Origin: Candidatus Omnitrophota bacterium
GTDB lineage: Bacteria; Omnitrophota; Gorgyraeia; JABMRN01; RBG-13-46-9
Length of the DNA: 60,588 nt
Assembly (NCBI GenBank): GCA_043817155.1
Contig: JBDRHE010000075.1
Span: 1 to 60,588, forward strand
Direction: 5' to 3'
The notes under the pieces were generated by a model. It did no database searches and was not told the origin of the DNA. It worked only from the letters and a program-made list of their open reading frames with translations. Made by a program: the position numbers and the translations under genes. This document shows positions 29,380-38,275 of this stretch, piece after piece; the first letter of the stretch is position 1; every line of letters begins with the position of its first letter.

Positions 29380-30408
29380 ATGCGTATACTTTTAACCAGA
29401 ACCGATCGTATCGGAGATGTCGTACTATCCACACCGGCGATAAAGGCTGTCCGGGATAAATACCCGGATGCGTACATTGCATTTATGGTAAGGCCGTACG
29501 CGCGGGATGTCGTTGAAGGTAACCCGTATATCGACGAGGTTATTATCTACGATAAATACGGCGAGCACAAGAATCTGCTAAACACTGTCCTGTTCGCCAT
29601 ATCCTTAAGGAAGAAGAGATTTGATCTGGCCATAATGCTCCATCCTACGAATCGGGCGCACATGATAGCTTTTGCTGCCGGCATTTCAAGGAGAGTGGGT
29701 TACGACAAGAAGCTGTCGTTCTTGCTTACCGAAAGGGTTCCCCACCTTAAACAGGAAGGCAAGAAACATGAATCGGAATACACGCTGGATCTCTTAGAAA
29801 CCATTGGCATAAGGGCAAAAGGAAGAGAGCTCTTTCTACCCTTGAATGACAGGGATATTAAGAATATCGAGAATACCTTAAGCGAATACCATTTGGGCCG
29901 TGAGGCCCTGCTTATCGCGGTAAACCCAGGGGCCAGTTGTCCTTCAAAGCGATGGCGCCCTGAAAGCTTTGCTAAGGTTTGCGATGGCCTTGCTGAAAAG
30001 TATAAAGCGAGGATAATAATTGCTGCCGATGCCTCAAATAGTAGATTTGCGGATATCCTGGCCGGCAAAATGAGATACGAACCTGTCAACCTGGCCGGGA
30101 AGACGACGGTTGGAGAACTGGCCGCTTTGCTTTCAAAATGCGATCTCTTTATATCCAATGATTCCGGGCCCGTTCACATTGCCTGTGCAATAGGCACCCC
30201 GACAATCTCTATTTTCGGGCGTGGGGATCCCGGGCTTTCTTCGGAGCGATGGGGGCCCATCGGGAAGGAAACCAGGGTTTTTCATAAAGATGTCGGTTGC
30301 GATCCCTGCCTTGCCCACAACTGCAAGATCGGCTTTAAATGCCTGGAAGCTATTACCCCTGAAGAGGTGCTCTCCGCCGCCGAAGAACTACTATTTCCGG
30401 CAGTATAA
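29380..30408 (+). CDS. GT9 family glycosyltransferase
   Basis: From ATG 29380: RTDRIGDVVLS, NPGASCPSKRW and NDSGPVHIA. Confidence 0.9.
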   Translation: MRILLTRTDRIGDVVLSTPAIKAVRDKYPDAYIAFMVRPYARDVVEGNPYIDEVIIYDKYGEHKNLLNTVLFAISLRKKRFDLAIMLHPTNRAHMIAFAAGISRRVGYDKKLSFLLTERVPHLKQEGKKHESEYTLDLLETIGIRAKGRELFLPLNDRDIKNIENTLSEYHLGREALLIAVNPGASCPSKRWRPESFAKVCDGLAEKYKARIIIAADASNSRFADILAGKMRYEPVNLAGKTTVGELAALLSKCDLFISNDSGPVHIACAIGTPTISIFGRGDPGLSSERWGPIGKETRVFHKDVGCDPCLAHNCKIGFKCLEAITPEEVLSAAEELLFPAV

Positions 30409-30445
30409 AAAGCATTTCTAACAGAGTCAGAATGAAAATATACCT

Positions 30446-30652
30446 GGCGAAAGAGAAGGAGAGTCTTCTTCAGGCTTAGGCATAAAAGATTATGCTAAGA
30501 TTCTCTCTTCTTGCCTCTTTAATAAGGCGATCGTCGGTTTTTAAGGAAATGCCGTAAGCCAAGACATACGTATACCTGGAATACCGACTCTCACCTTGTA
30601 AAGAGACAAAGAGAGAATATGCGCCTGAAGAAGACTCTCCTTCTCTTTCGCC
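30446..30652. repeat. 207-bp long hairpin element, copy 1 (perfect 30-bp terminal inverted repeat)
   Basis: 30446-30475 is the exact reverse complement of 30623-30652; the inner arms also pair; homologous to 56796-56995. Confidence 0.9.
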
Positions 30653-30725
30653 TAATTTCCAAATAGCAGGATACAAAAGTGTAACGCAACCCTTCTAATG
30701 GTATAACGGGAGCGATTTATAGTAA

Positions 30726-30755
30726 TTGACAATGTAAGATTATATATGCTAAAAT
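30726..30755 (+). promoter_or_regulatory. Sigma70-type promoter with extended -10 upstream of rfaE1
   Basis: TTGACA (30726-30731), 18-nt spacer, TGc-TAAAAT (30750-30755). Confidence 0.7.
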
Positions 30756-30763
30756 CATCGCCT

Positions 30764-31777
30764 ATGAAAGGACAAAATTTCAAGAAGCTGAAGAGCGTTA
30801 TTTCCAACTTTAATGACAAGAAGATACTTGTCATAGGGGACCTTATCCTGGATGAGTTTATATGGGGAAAGGTCTCTCGCATATCGCCCGAGGCGCCCGT
30901 CCCGATTGTCTGGGCGCAGAGCGAGAGCTTCATGCCGGGCGGAGCTTCTAACGTTGCAAACAATATAAATTCGCTTGGCGGCAAGGCTTATATGGTAGGT
31001 GTGGTTGGCAATGATGACCGTGCAGGCATCTTAAAAGGGGAGCTTGAGCGCAGGGGTGTTAATGTGGATGGTATATTTTCGGATGCCCAAAGGCCCACGA
31101 TCCTTAAAACACGGGTAATAGCCCATCAGCAGCAGGTTGTCCGTATTGACCGGGAAAAGACAGAGCCTGTAAGCGACCGGATATTAAGGAAACTTACGGA
31201 CTACATAGAGAACATAATAGACAGCATGGATGCGCTGATCGTGGAAGACTACGGGAAAGGGTTAATTACCCCGAAGCTTCTCGATAAGATAGTACCCCTG
31301 GCGAAGAGAAAGAAGAAGATCATAGCTGTCGATCCCAAGGAAGAGCACTTCTCTTTTTACAAGGGAGTTACGCTCTTAACCCCGAATAACGCGGAGGCTT
31401 CCCGCGCTGTAGGATTCGAAATAAAAGACAAAGCAACGCTAAAGAGAGCCGGCAGTGAACTTCTGAAAAAGCTAAAAGCGCGCATAGTTCTGATCACACT
31501 CGGTGAAGATGGGATGATGCTGTTTGATGACGGGAAGCCGGCCAGGAAGATAGAGACCATTGCCCAGGAAGTCTTCGATGTCTCAGGAGCCGGCGATACC
31601 GTTATAAGCAGCTATACTCTTTCACTGATTTCAGGCGCCAGTACGATCCAGGCAGCTCATATTGCCAATTGCGCTGCGGGGATAGTCGTAGGCAAGGTCG
31701 GTATAGCCGTCGTGACTCAGGACGAGGTCATTATGAGGATTAAAGAGGAGATCGAAAAGCCGAGGGAACGAACTTAA
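30764..31777 (+). CDS. rfaE1: D-glycero-beta-D-manno-heptose-7-phosphate kinase (RfaE domain I)
   Basis: GDLILDEF, RISPEAPVP, PGGASNVA, TPNNAEA and DVSGAGDTV. Confidence 0.93.
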   Translation: MKGQNFKKLKSVISNFNDKKILVIGDLILDEFIWGKVSRISPEAPVPIVWAQSESFMPGGASNVANNINSLGGKAYMVGVVGNDDRAGILKGELERRGVNVDGIFSDAQRPTILKTRVIAHQQQVVRIDREKTEPVSDRILRKLTDYIENIIDSMDALIVEDYGKGLITPKLLDKIVPLAKRKKKIIAVDPKEEHFSFYKGVTLLTPNNAEASRAVGFEIKDKATLKRAGSELLKKLKARIVLITLGEDGMMLFDDGKPARKIETIAQEVFDVSGAGDTVISSYTLSLISGASTIQAAHIANCAAGIVVGKVGIAVVTQDEVIMRIKEEIEKPRERT

Positions 31778-31905
31778 AACCAAAAACCAAATACTAAAAA
31801 CAAAAAACACATATTAAATATGTAAAAACTTGGTAAATTACAAATTAAAGATTTTAAAATTTTTGGTTTGTGTTTTTAACTTTTGGTATTTAATTTTTAA
31901 TATTT
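31775..31905. repeat. F7 AT-rich periodic palindrome, copy 2
   Basis: Homologous to 26754-26866. Confidence 0.88.
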
Positions 31906-31943
31906 CATTAAAGCTACACAAGCTGTAAAGAAAGGTTAGAGCA

Positions 31944-32735
31944 ATGAGAGCTATAGGAATTATTCCCGCCAGATGGAAGTCATCGAGATTTGAAGGAAAG
32001 ATACTCGCAAACCTGCTCGGCAAGCCCATGATACAGCATGTTTGGGAAAGGTCTAAAGAGTCCAGGATGCTGGATGACTTGATAGTTGCAACGGACTCAG
32101 AGGAGGTAATAAAGGTAGTAGAGAGTTTTGGGGGCAAGGCTCTTTATACCTCCAAGGATCAGCCGTCAGGTACAGACAGGATAGCAGAAGTTGTAAACCC
32201 GATAGATACCGAGATCATCATTAATATACAAGGTGATGAACCGCTCATTCACCATACAATGATCGATAGCCTGGCGGAGTCTCTTTTGGAAGATAAGACA
32301 ATACCGATGGCAACGGTAATAAAGAGAATAACCGATAAGAAAGAGATATTGAATCCAAATGTGGTCAAAGCCGTTATTGACAAGGATGGGTACGCGCTCT
32401 ATTTTTCGAGAAGCCCGATACCTTATCTCCGCAAGGACGAAGATCACCATTCTATTTTAGATGTACAGTCCTGGCTCTCGCATCACCAGCCCGTAGATGC
32501 GTTTCAGAATTACTATAAGCACATAGGCATATACGCTTATACCAAGGACTTCATCTATACCTATACCAATTTGCCGAAATCCAAACTTGAGGAGATGGAA
32601 AAGCTTGAGCAACTGAGAGCGCTCGAGGGCGGGTTCAGGATAAAGACGGTTTTAACCGAGTTCGATACCGTAGGCGTTGATACCCCGGAAGATCTAAAGA
32701 AGGTGGAAGATATGTTAAGAAGGGGGCCTAGATGA
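31944..32735 (+). CDS. kdsB: 3-deoxy-manno-octulosonate cytidylyltransferase
   Basis: IPARWKSSRFEGK, SGTDRI, NIQGDEP, HIGIYAY and KLEQLRAL. Confidence 0.96.
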   Translation: MRAIGIIPARWKSSRFEGKILANLLGKPMIQHVWERSKESRMLDDLIVATDSEEVIKVVESFGGKALYTSKDQPSGTDRIAEVVNPIDTEIIINIQGDEPLIHHTMIDSLAESLLEDKTIPMATVIKRITDKKEILNPNVVKAVIDKDGYALYFSRSPIPYLRKDEDHHSILDVQSWLSHHQPVDAFQNYYKHIGIYAYTKDFIYTYTNLPKSKLEEMEKLEQLRALEGGFRIKTVLTEFDTVGVDTPEDLKKVEDMLRRGPR

Positions 32736-33544
32736 GGGAAGTGAGAGTAGGCAAGATCAGGATAGGTGGCAAGAATCCCGTAGTTCTAATTGCCGGGCCG
32801 TGCGTTATCGAATCTGAAAAGAGTACCTTGCGCCATGCAAGAGCCATAAAAGAGATAGCCGATAAATTAAATTTTCCATTCATCTTTAAATCCAGCTATG
32901 ATAAGGCAAACAGGTCATCCATCAAGTCCTATAGGGGTCCGGGCCTTAAAAAGGGATTGGCTGTGCTTGCTAAGGTAAGAAGCCTACTCGACATCCCCGT
33001 TATTAGCGACATTCACTCGATCGAAGAGGTGAGATCAGTTAGGAGGGTCCTGGATATTATTCAAATACCGGCATTTCTTTGCAGGCAGACAGACCTTATA
33101 TTAGCGGCCGCAAGGACGAAGAAGCCCATAAACATAAAGAAGGGACAGTTTCTCTCTCCGATGGAAGTAGGGAATATCATAGCGAAGGCTGAGCATGCAG
33201 GGAACAGGAATATATTGATCACTGAAAGGGGTACGAGCTTTGGGTATAATATGCTAGTAAGCGATTTCCGCTCTATCCTCATCATGAAGAGATTTGGCTA
33301 TCCTATTTCATATGATGCAACGCACTCCGTGCAGCTTCCGGGCGGATTGGGAACTAAGAGTGGTGGCCAAGCTGAGTTTGTGCAGCCGCTTGCAACGTGC
33401 GCGGTTCTATGCGGAGCGAGCGCGATCTTTGTGGAGGTGCATGAAGACCCTCGCGAAGCCTTAAGCGACGGACCAAATATGATCAAACTGAGCTCGCTTG
33501 AGAAATTCTTAAAGAAGATAAAGGAAGCCGAGAGCATAAGGTGA
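32732..33544 (+). CDS. kdsA: Kdo-8-phosphate synthase
   Basis: AGPCVIE, KSSYDKANRSS, QIPAFLCRQTD, KKGQF and DATHSVQLPG. Confidence 0.96.
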   Translation: MREVRVGKIRIGGKNPVVLIAGPCVIESEKSTLRHARAIKEIADKLNFPFIFKSSYDKANRSSIKSYRGPGLKKGLAVLAKVRSLLDIPVISDIHSIEEVRSVRRVLDIIQIPAFLCRQTDLILAAARTKKPINIKKGQFLSPMEVGNIIAKAEHAGNRNILITERGTSFGYNMLVSDFRSILIMKRFGYPISYDATHSVQLPGGLGTKSGGQAEFVQPLATCAVLCGASAIFVEVHEDPREALSDGPNMIKLSSLEKFLKKIKEAESIR

Positions 33545-34512
33545 AGAGATCAAAGAGCATAGAAGGGGCAAAGAGGGTTCTGAATATTGAAGGCAACGCC
33601 ATCCTGGATCTTGCCAAGAGGATCGATAAGAGCTTCGATGCAATTATAGAGTTCCTGTTTAAGATCAAGGGCAGGGTTATTGTCACGGGCATGGGAAAAC
33701 CCGGTTTTATCGCGCAGAAGATATCAGCGACTCTTTCGTCTACCGGTACGCCGTCTCTCTATCTGCATCCTGCGGAGGCATTACATGGGGATCTGGGCAG
33801 GGTGACGAAAGATGACTGTCTTTTGGCTTTCTCCAACAGCGGCCAGACCGAGGAGATAGTGAAGTTACTACCCATCATAAAGAAGATCGGGGCCCGCCTC
33901 ATAGCCGTTGTTGGCAATACGGGCTCAACATTGGCAAAGAACGCGGATTATGTACTGGATGTCTCAGTTAAAAGGGAGGCCTGTTCGCTGGGCCTGGCCC
34001 CAACCACATCTACGACAGCCATGCTTGCGGTCGGGGACGCTCTTTGCGTTAGCCTGCTGGACAAGAAAGGATTTAAGGAGAAAGATTTCGCATTTTATCA
34101 CCCGGGCGGTACGCTTGGCAAGAGAATGCTGCTGAAGGTAGAGGATATTATGAGGTCCGGACGCGATAACCCAATTGTTAAGGAGAACTCTAAGGTCAAG
34201 GATGTGCTTTTAAAGATCACGAGGGCAAGGGCGGGGTCTGCGAGCGTAGTGAACAAAAGCGGCGCCCTGACAGGCATATTTACTGATGGCGATCTAAGAA
34301 GGCATTTAAGCGAGAAGGTGAATATCGCCGCTAAGAGAATAAAGGATGTAATGACAAGAGCTCCCATCACGATCACGAAAGACCGGCTTGCCGCAGAGGT
34401 GTTCCAGATCCTCCGCTCAAAGAAGATAGACGAGATCCCTGTAGTGGATAAGAGAGGAAGACCCATTGGTCTTATAGATGTACAGGATATTCTAAAAGCC
34501 GGGCTTGTCTAA
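33541..34512 (+). CDS. kdsD: Arabinose-5-phosphate isomerase (KpsF/GutQ family, SIS plus CBS)
   Basis: GMGKPG, HPAEALHGDLG, APTTST, HPGG and two CBS domains. Confidence 0.95.
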   Translation: MKRSKSIEGAKRVLNIEGNAILDLAKRIDKSFDAIIEFLFKIKGRVIVTGMGKPGFIAQKISATLSSTGTPSLYLHPAEALHGDLGRVTKDDCLLAFSNSGQTEEIVKLLPIIKKIGARLIAVVGNTGSTLAKNADYVLDVSVKREACSLGLAPTTSTTAMLAVGDALCVSLLDKKGFKEKDFAFYHPGGTLGKRMLLKVEDIMRSGRDNPIVKENSKVKDVLLKITRARAGSASVVNKSGALTGIFTDGDLRRHLSEKVNIAAKRIKDVMTRAPITITKDRLAAEVFQILRSKKIDEIPVVDKRGRPIGLIDVQDILKAGLV

Positions 34513-34535
34513 CAAGGACACAGGGATTGGTAGTT

Positions 34536-34850
34536 AAGCTACGAAGGGCGTGGGATGATTAGCACTATCTCGTCTTTGCGAGGTGCCGTAAATAAATTAG
34601 CGCACCGAAGCCCCGCCGCATGTTTCGCATAGCGGGATCCCGCCATACGAGAGTAACGGCGGGACAATCTCAAACTTCTGTCATCCCCGCGAAAGCGGGG
34701 ATCCAGAATAGGCGCGTAGAGAGTCCATCCATGGATTCCCGCTTACGCGGGAATGACAAGATGCATTAACCTGAGAATACTTCGGCACGCTCGAATCTTA
34801 CGGTGCCTCGCAAAGACAGTTAGGTTAATATCTAGTCGTCCATCGTATCG
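34536..34850. repeat. Composite: GACG-type arms around F1 (34569-34817), with a 54-bp double hairpin in the left arm (34611-34664) and F2 (34680-34757) in the loop
   Basis: cgaag[cccgc...gcggg a tcccgcc...ggcggga]caatctc. Confidence 0.92.
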
Positions 34851-34936
34851 AGCATCTCTCACATGCGATGTGGTTACATAGCTCTTAAGAATGCAAACTC
34901 GTATTAGATAAATAACTATCAGAGGATTATAGAGCA

Positions 34937-35455
34937 ATGGATATACAAGAACGCGCAAGAAAGATAAAGCTCCTGCTTCTCGATGTTGACGGGGTTCTTA
35001 CCGACGGCAGGGTCAGCATCGGCAGCTACGGCGACGAGATCAAGAATTTCAGCATTAGGGACGGCCTCGGGATAATGCTATTAAAGGCCGCAAAGATAAG
35101 ATGCGCCATTATAACCGCTAAGAGTTCCAAGATGGTGAAGATCAGGGCCAGGCAGCTTAAGATCGATAAAGTTTACGAGAATCATTATAAGATAAAGTCC
35201 CTGCGGCATATTCTGCGGAGATTCAGGGTAAAGGAAGATGAGATATGCTTTATGGGGGATGATCTTGTAGATATCCCGATACTTAAAAGGGTGGGTTTTG
35301 CCGTCGCGGTGACGGATGCTATCGAAGAGGTCAAGAGAACGGCCCATTACGTCACAAAAAAGTATGGCGGAAAGGGCGCCGTTAGGGAAGTGTGCGAATT
35401 GATCCTTAAATCGAAAGGCAAGTGGGAATCGGTAACTCGAAGGTACTTTGAATAG
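34937..35455 (+). CDS. kdsC: Kdo-8-phosphate phosphatase (HAD IIIA)
   Basis: DVDGVLTDG, DGLGI, GDDLVD and GGKGAVRE. Confidence 0.94.
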   Translation: MDIQERARKIKLLLLDVDGVLTDGRVSIGSYGDEIKNFSIRDGLGIMLLKAAKIRCAIITAKSSKMVKIRARQLKIDKVYENHYKIKSLRHILRRFRVKEDEICFMGDDLVDIPILKRVGFAVAVTDAIEEVKRTAHYVTKKYGGKGAVREVCELILKSKGKWESVTRRYFE

Positions 35456-35457
35456 AT

Positions 35458-35814
35458 ATGTACGAAATAAAAGTTAAGAGCGAATTCAGCGGCGCGCATA
35501 ATCTGCGGAATTATAAAGGAAAATGTGAGGAGTTGCACGGGCATAACTGGACGATCGAAGTTACGGTATGCGGCAGGAGACTCAATAAAAAGGGCATGGT
35601 AATGGATTTCAATGATCTGAAGACTCTGCTTGAAAGAACTCTTCAAAAATTGGATCATAAATACCTCAACGATCTATCCTTCTTCAAGGTTACTCACCCC
35701 ACGTCAGAGAATATAGCGCATTTTATTTACACAAGTCTATCCGGGACCATCAAGAAGAAGCTCAAAGTATCCGTCTGGGAGACATCCAATTCCTGCGCAA
35801 GTTTCGAAGAGTAA
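35458..35814 (+). CDS. queD: 6-carboxy-5,6,7,8-tetrahydropterin synthase
   Basis: FSGAHNL, CEELHGHNW, DHKYLN, PTSENIA and VWET. Confidence 0.95.
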   Translation: MYEIKVKSEFSGAHNLRNYKGKCEELHGHNWTIEVTVCGRRLNKKGMVMDFNDLKTLLERTLQKLDHKYLNDLSFFKVTHPTSENIAHFIYTSLSGTIKKKLKVSVWETSNSCASFEE

Positions 35815-35824
35815 GAGTGCAGCT

Positions 35825-36490
35825 ATGAAGAAAGCCATCATTCTCCTTTCCGGAGGGATCGACTCAACTACAACGCTTTACCTGGCAAGAGAGAATGGAT
35901 TCTTTCCGATAGCGCTCATATTCGATTATGGACAGAGGCATCGAAGGGAGATCGAAGCGGCAAAGAGGATCGCAGGGCAAGCAGGCTGCAAATATAAAAT
36001 ATTGAAACTGGATCTTCCCTGGAAGGGTAGCTCCCTGACAGACAAGAGAAGGGCTATACCGGTAAAACGCTCCTTAAGAAGAATAAAGAGCTCTATCCCT
36101 TCGACCTATGTCCCCGCGCGCAACATGATCTTCCTGAGCATGGCAGCATCCTTTGCCGAAAGCGTAAATGCATTCGCGATATTTATAGGTGCTCACTCCG
36201 AGGACTATTCGGGTTATCCCGACTGCAGGAAAGAATTCTTCAAAGCCTTTGGGAGCGCTATGGGAAAGGGGACAAAGGCAGGGCGGAAGCTAAAGATCCA
36301 TGCGCCGCTTCTTGGAAAAAGGAAAAGAGATATTATTAAGACCGCCGTCAGATTGAATGTGCCTCTCGGGATGACATGGTCATGCTACAAGGGCGGCAAG
36401 AGACCTTGCGGGGTATGCGACAGTTGCTTCTTCCGCTCCAGGGCGTTTAAAGAACTCGGTATAGAAGATCCCGGACTTCGAAAAAAGTAA
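35825..36490 (+). CDS. queC: 7-cyano-7-deazaguanine synthase
   Basis: LSGGIDST, FDYGQRH, YVPARN, GYPDCR, TWSCY and CGVCDSC. Confidence 0.96.
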   Translation: MKKAIILLSGGIDSTTTLYLARENGFFPIALIFDYGQRHRREIEAAKRIAGQAGCKYKILKLDLPWKGSSLTDKRRAIPVKRSLRRIKSSIPSTYVPARNMIFLSMAASFAESVNAFAIFIGAHSEDYSGYPDCRKEFFKAFGSAMGKGTKAGRKLKIHAPLLGKRKRDIIKTAVRLNVPLGMTWSCYKGGKRPCGVCDSCFFRSRAFKELGIEDPGLRKK

Positions 36491-36496
36491 CCATAG

Positions 36497-36591
36497 ATAT
36501 CTGTGCAATCAAAACGATAAAAGCTAGCAAAATCTGTGTAATCTCCTTGATATCTGTGTAATCAAATAAACAAAATCTGTGTAATCAGTTT
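36497..36591 (+). repeat. Four direct copies of ATCTGTG(C/T)AATC separated by variable short spacers
   Basis: Read directly; the same unit occurs at 38175-38212, 44431-44450 and 46055-46083. Confidence 0.85.
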
Positions 36592-37275
36592 ATGAGAGAA
36601 GCAAAAATATCCGAAGTATTTATTTCGATTCAGGGCGAGGGGTTGTATGCCGGCGCATCCCAGGTCTTTGTCAGATTCTATTCGTGTAACCTGGACTGTA
36701 CTTTCTGTGATACGAAGCCTGATTCCTATAAGACATTTACGAGATCCTCTCTTATGAGCAGGATACTGGAATTTAAGGAGCCGTATCATTCGATCGCGCT
36801 TACAGGGGGAGAACCCTTGCTCCAGGCGGATTTCATCAATGATCTCCTATCCGAATATAAGCTTTTTCATAAGAAGCCCATCTATCTTGAAACTAACGGT
36901 ACGCTTTACAAGGAGCTTCTAAAGGTCATAGATCATGTAGATATCATAGCAATGGATTTTAAGATGCCTTCGTCCACAAACGCAGGATCTTTTTGGGACG
37001 AACACGAAAAATTTTTGAATATAGCAAAGAAGAAGAGAGTCTTCATTAAAGCGATAGTTACATCCGGCACGATCGGTGAAGATATATTTCGAATGAGGGA
37101 GCTTGTTGAAAAGATCGATCGCAAAATACCCATAATATTGCAGCCGGTTACCCCGGGCCCTAATGTCTATGGACCGAGCGACGTGAAGCTCGCGCGTTTT
37201 GGAAGTCAACTCAAAGAGTCGATCGAGCGCGTCGAGATAATACCGCAGCTCCATCGAATGCTTGGAATTAAATAG
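36592..37275 (+). CDS. queE: 7-carboxy-7-deazaguanine synthase (radical SAM)
   Basis: SIQGEG, CNLDCTFCDT, LTGGEPL, LETNGT and PQLH; context within que genes. Confidence 0.93.
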   Translation: MREAKISEVFISIQGEGLYAGASQVFVRFYSCNLDCTFCDTKPDSYKTFTRSSLMSRILEFKEPYHSIALTGGEPLLQADFINDLLSEYKLFHKKPIYLETNGTLYKELLKVIDHVDIIAMDFKMPSSTNAGSFWDEHEKFLNIAKKKRVFIKAIVTSGTIGEDIFRMRELVEKIDRKIPIILQPVTPGPNVYGPSDVKLARFGSQLKESIERVEIIPQLHRMLGIK

Positions 37276-37288
37276 AGAAATATTGCGA

Positions 37289-37422
37289 AAGTAGCAAGTA
37301 GAAAGTAGCCCTTCGCTTCGCTCAGGATCCCTCGAAGAATTCATCGAAGGATCCCGAGAGAATCGAGGGAGAAGTAGCGAGAATCTCTCTACTCTCTACT
37401 CTCTACTTGCTACTCGCTACTT
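37289..37422. repeat. F5 palindrome interrupted by a CCCTTCGCTTCGCTCAGG...TCGAGGGA hairpin cassette (about 37309-37370)
   Basis: Compared with intact F5 copies at 9632 and 27912. Confidence 0.88.
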
Positions 37423-37437
37423 TCGGAAAGAGATGTT

Positions 37438-37833
37438 ATGGTAAAGAAGCGATCTACATATGAGGGTTTACAAAAGAATATCCACCGGCTAAAGCTGCCG
37501 GTGATCGAAGTTTGGGAGAACCAGTATAAGAACAAGGCCTATAGCATCCATATGGAGACGAGCGAATTTACCTGCATATGTCCCAAAACGGGTCTCCCGG
37601 ATTTCGCAACTATATGCATAGATTATGAGCCGGACAGGTGGTGCGTGGAACTTAAGTCTTTCAAACTATATCTGTACAGATTTCGCGATATAGGCATCTT
37701 CCATGAGCATGTTGCTAACCGGATACTTGACGATTTTGTTGCAGCTTCAAAACCGCGCCTTGCCAGGATAAGAACCGAATTCAACATGCGCGGTGGAATA
37801 AAGACAACGGTGGAACGGACGTATAAGCGATAA
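37438..37833 (+). CDS. queF: PreQ0 reductase (short type I QueF)
   Basis: EFTCICPKTGLPDFA, VELKSFKLY, IFHE and RGGI. Confidence 0.95.
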   Translation: MVKKRSTYEGLQKNIHRLKLPVIEVWENQYKNKAYSIHMETSEFTCICPKTGLPDFATICIDYEPDRWCVELKSFKLYLYRFRDIGIFHEHVANRILDDFVAASKPRLARIRTEFNMRGGIKTTVERTYKR

Positions 37834-37835
37834 GG

Positions 37836-37937
37836 TTACTTAATGTTTCTGGAGGTTTCAGGATGTTTCTTGAGGTTGCATTGTTCGTATTTGCAACCTT
37901 AAGAAACCTTAAGCAACGTCAAGAAACTTAAAGAAAC
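37836..37937. repeat. 10-mer periodic palindrome (GTTTCTTAAG versus CTTAAGAAAC)
   Basis: The right arm is closely related to the reverse complement of 4525-4569. Confidence 0.88.
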
Positions 37938-38076
37938 TTTTATGTATAAGGCCGAAAAGATATTTTATGAGGTCGACCCGCACAACAGGCCGGTCCTAAA
38001 ATCCGGCATTCGCTCCGCGGTCAAGAGATGCCGCTTTAACAAATCCGCTTAAACAGATTTTTTGTCACTAAGCGAT

Positions 38077-38215
38077 GCAATCTGATATTACACAGATCAG
38101 GCTTACCCCAACGCGCTCGGATATTTGTTGCTCGACATCCGTGCAATCAAAGCGCTACTTTCGCTACATAATCTGTGTAATCAAACCATATATACTACAC
38201 ATAATCAGTGTAATC
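38077..38215. repeat. TTACACAGAT/ATCTGTGTAA inverted arms with an internal spacer
   Basis: Read directly. Confidence 0.8.
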
Positions 38216-38275
38216 ACGCTCCGTTTTGTATTGCATACCCGCCGCCTATATGATAATATATGAAGCTATAAACAG

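Noticed and set aside
35440-35470. preQ1 riboswitch before the que genes
   Set aside because: queD starts 2 nt after the kdsC stop, and no preQ1 aptamer pattern is visible in the que spacers.
36497-36591. CRISPR array
   Set aside because: Units are only 12 nt, spacers are short and irregular, and no cas genes are present; no other repeat cluster in the window has CRISPR geometry.
35458-37833. dpd-type 7-deazaguanine DNA modification or defence island
   Set aside because: No dpdA/tgt paralogue or other dpd genes are present, and queF points to the tRNA queuosine pathway.
37997-38020. tRNA-Leu(TAA)-like anticodon stem (gccggtcctaaaatccggc)
   Set aside because: No T-arm (GTTCGA), D-arm or acceptor stem around it, and no U at position 33.
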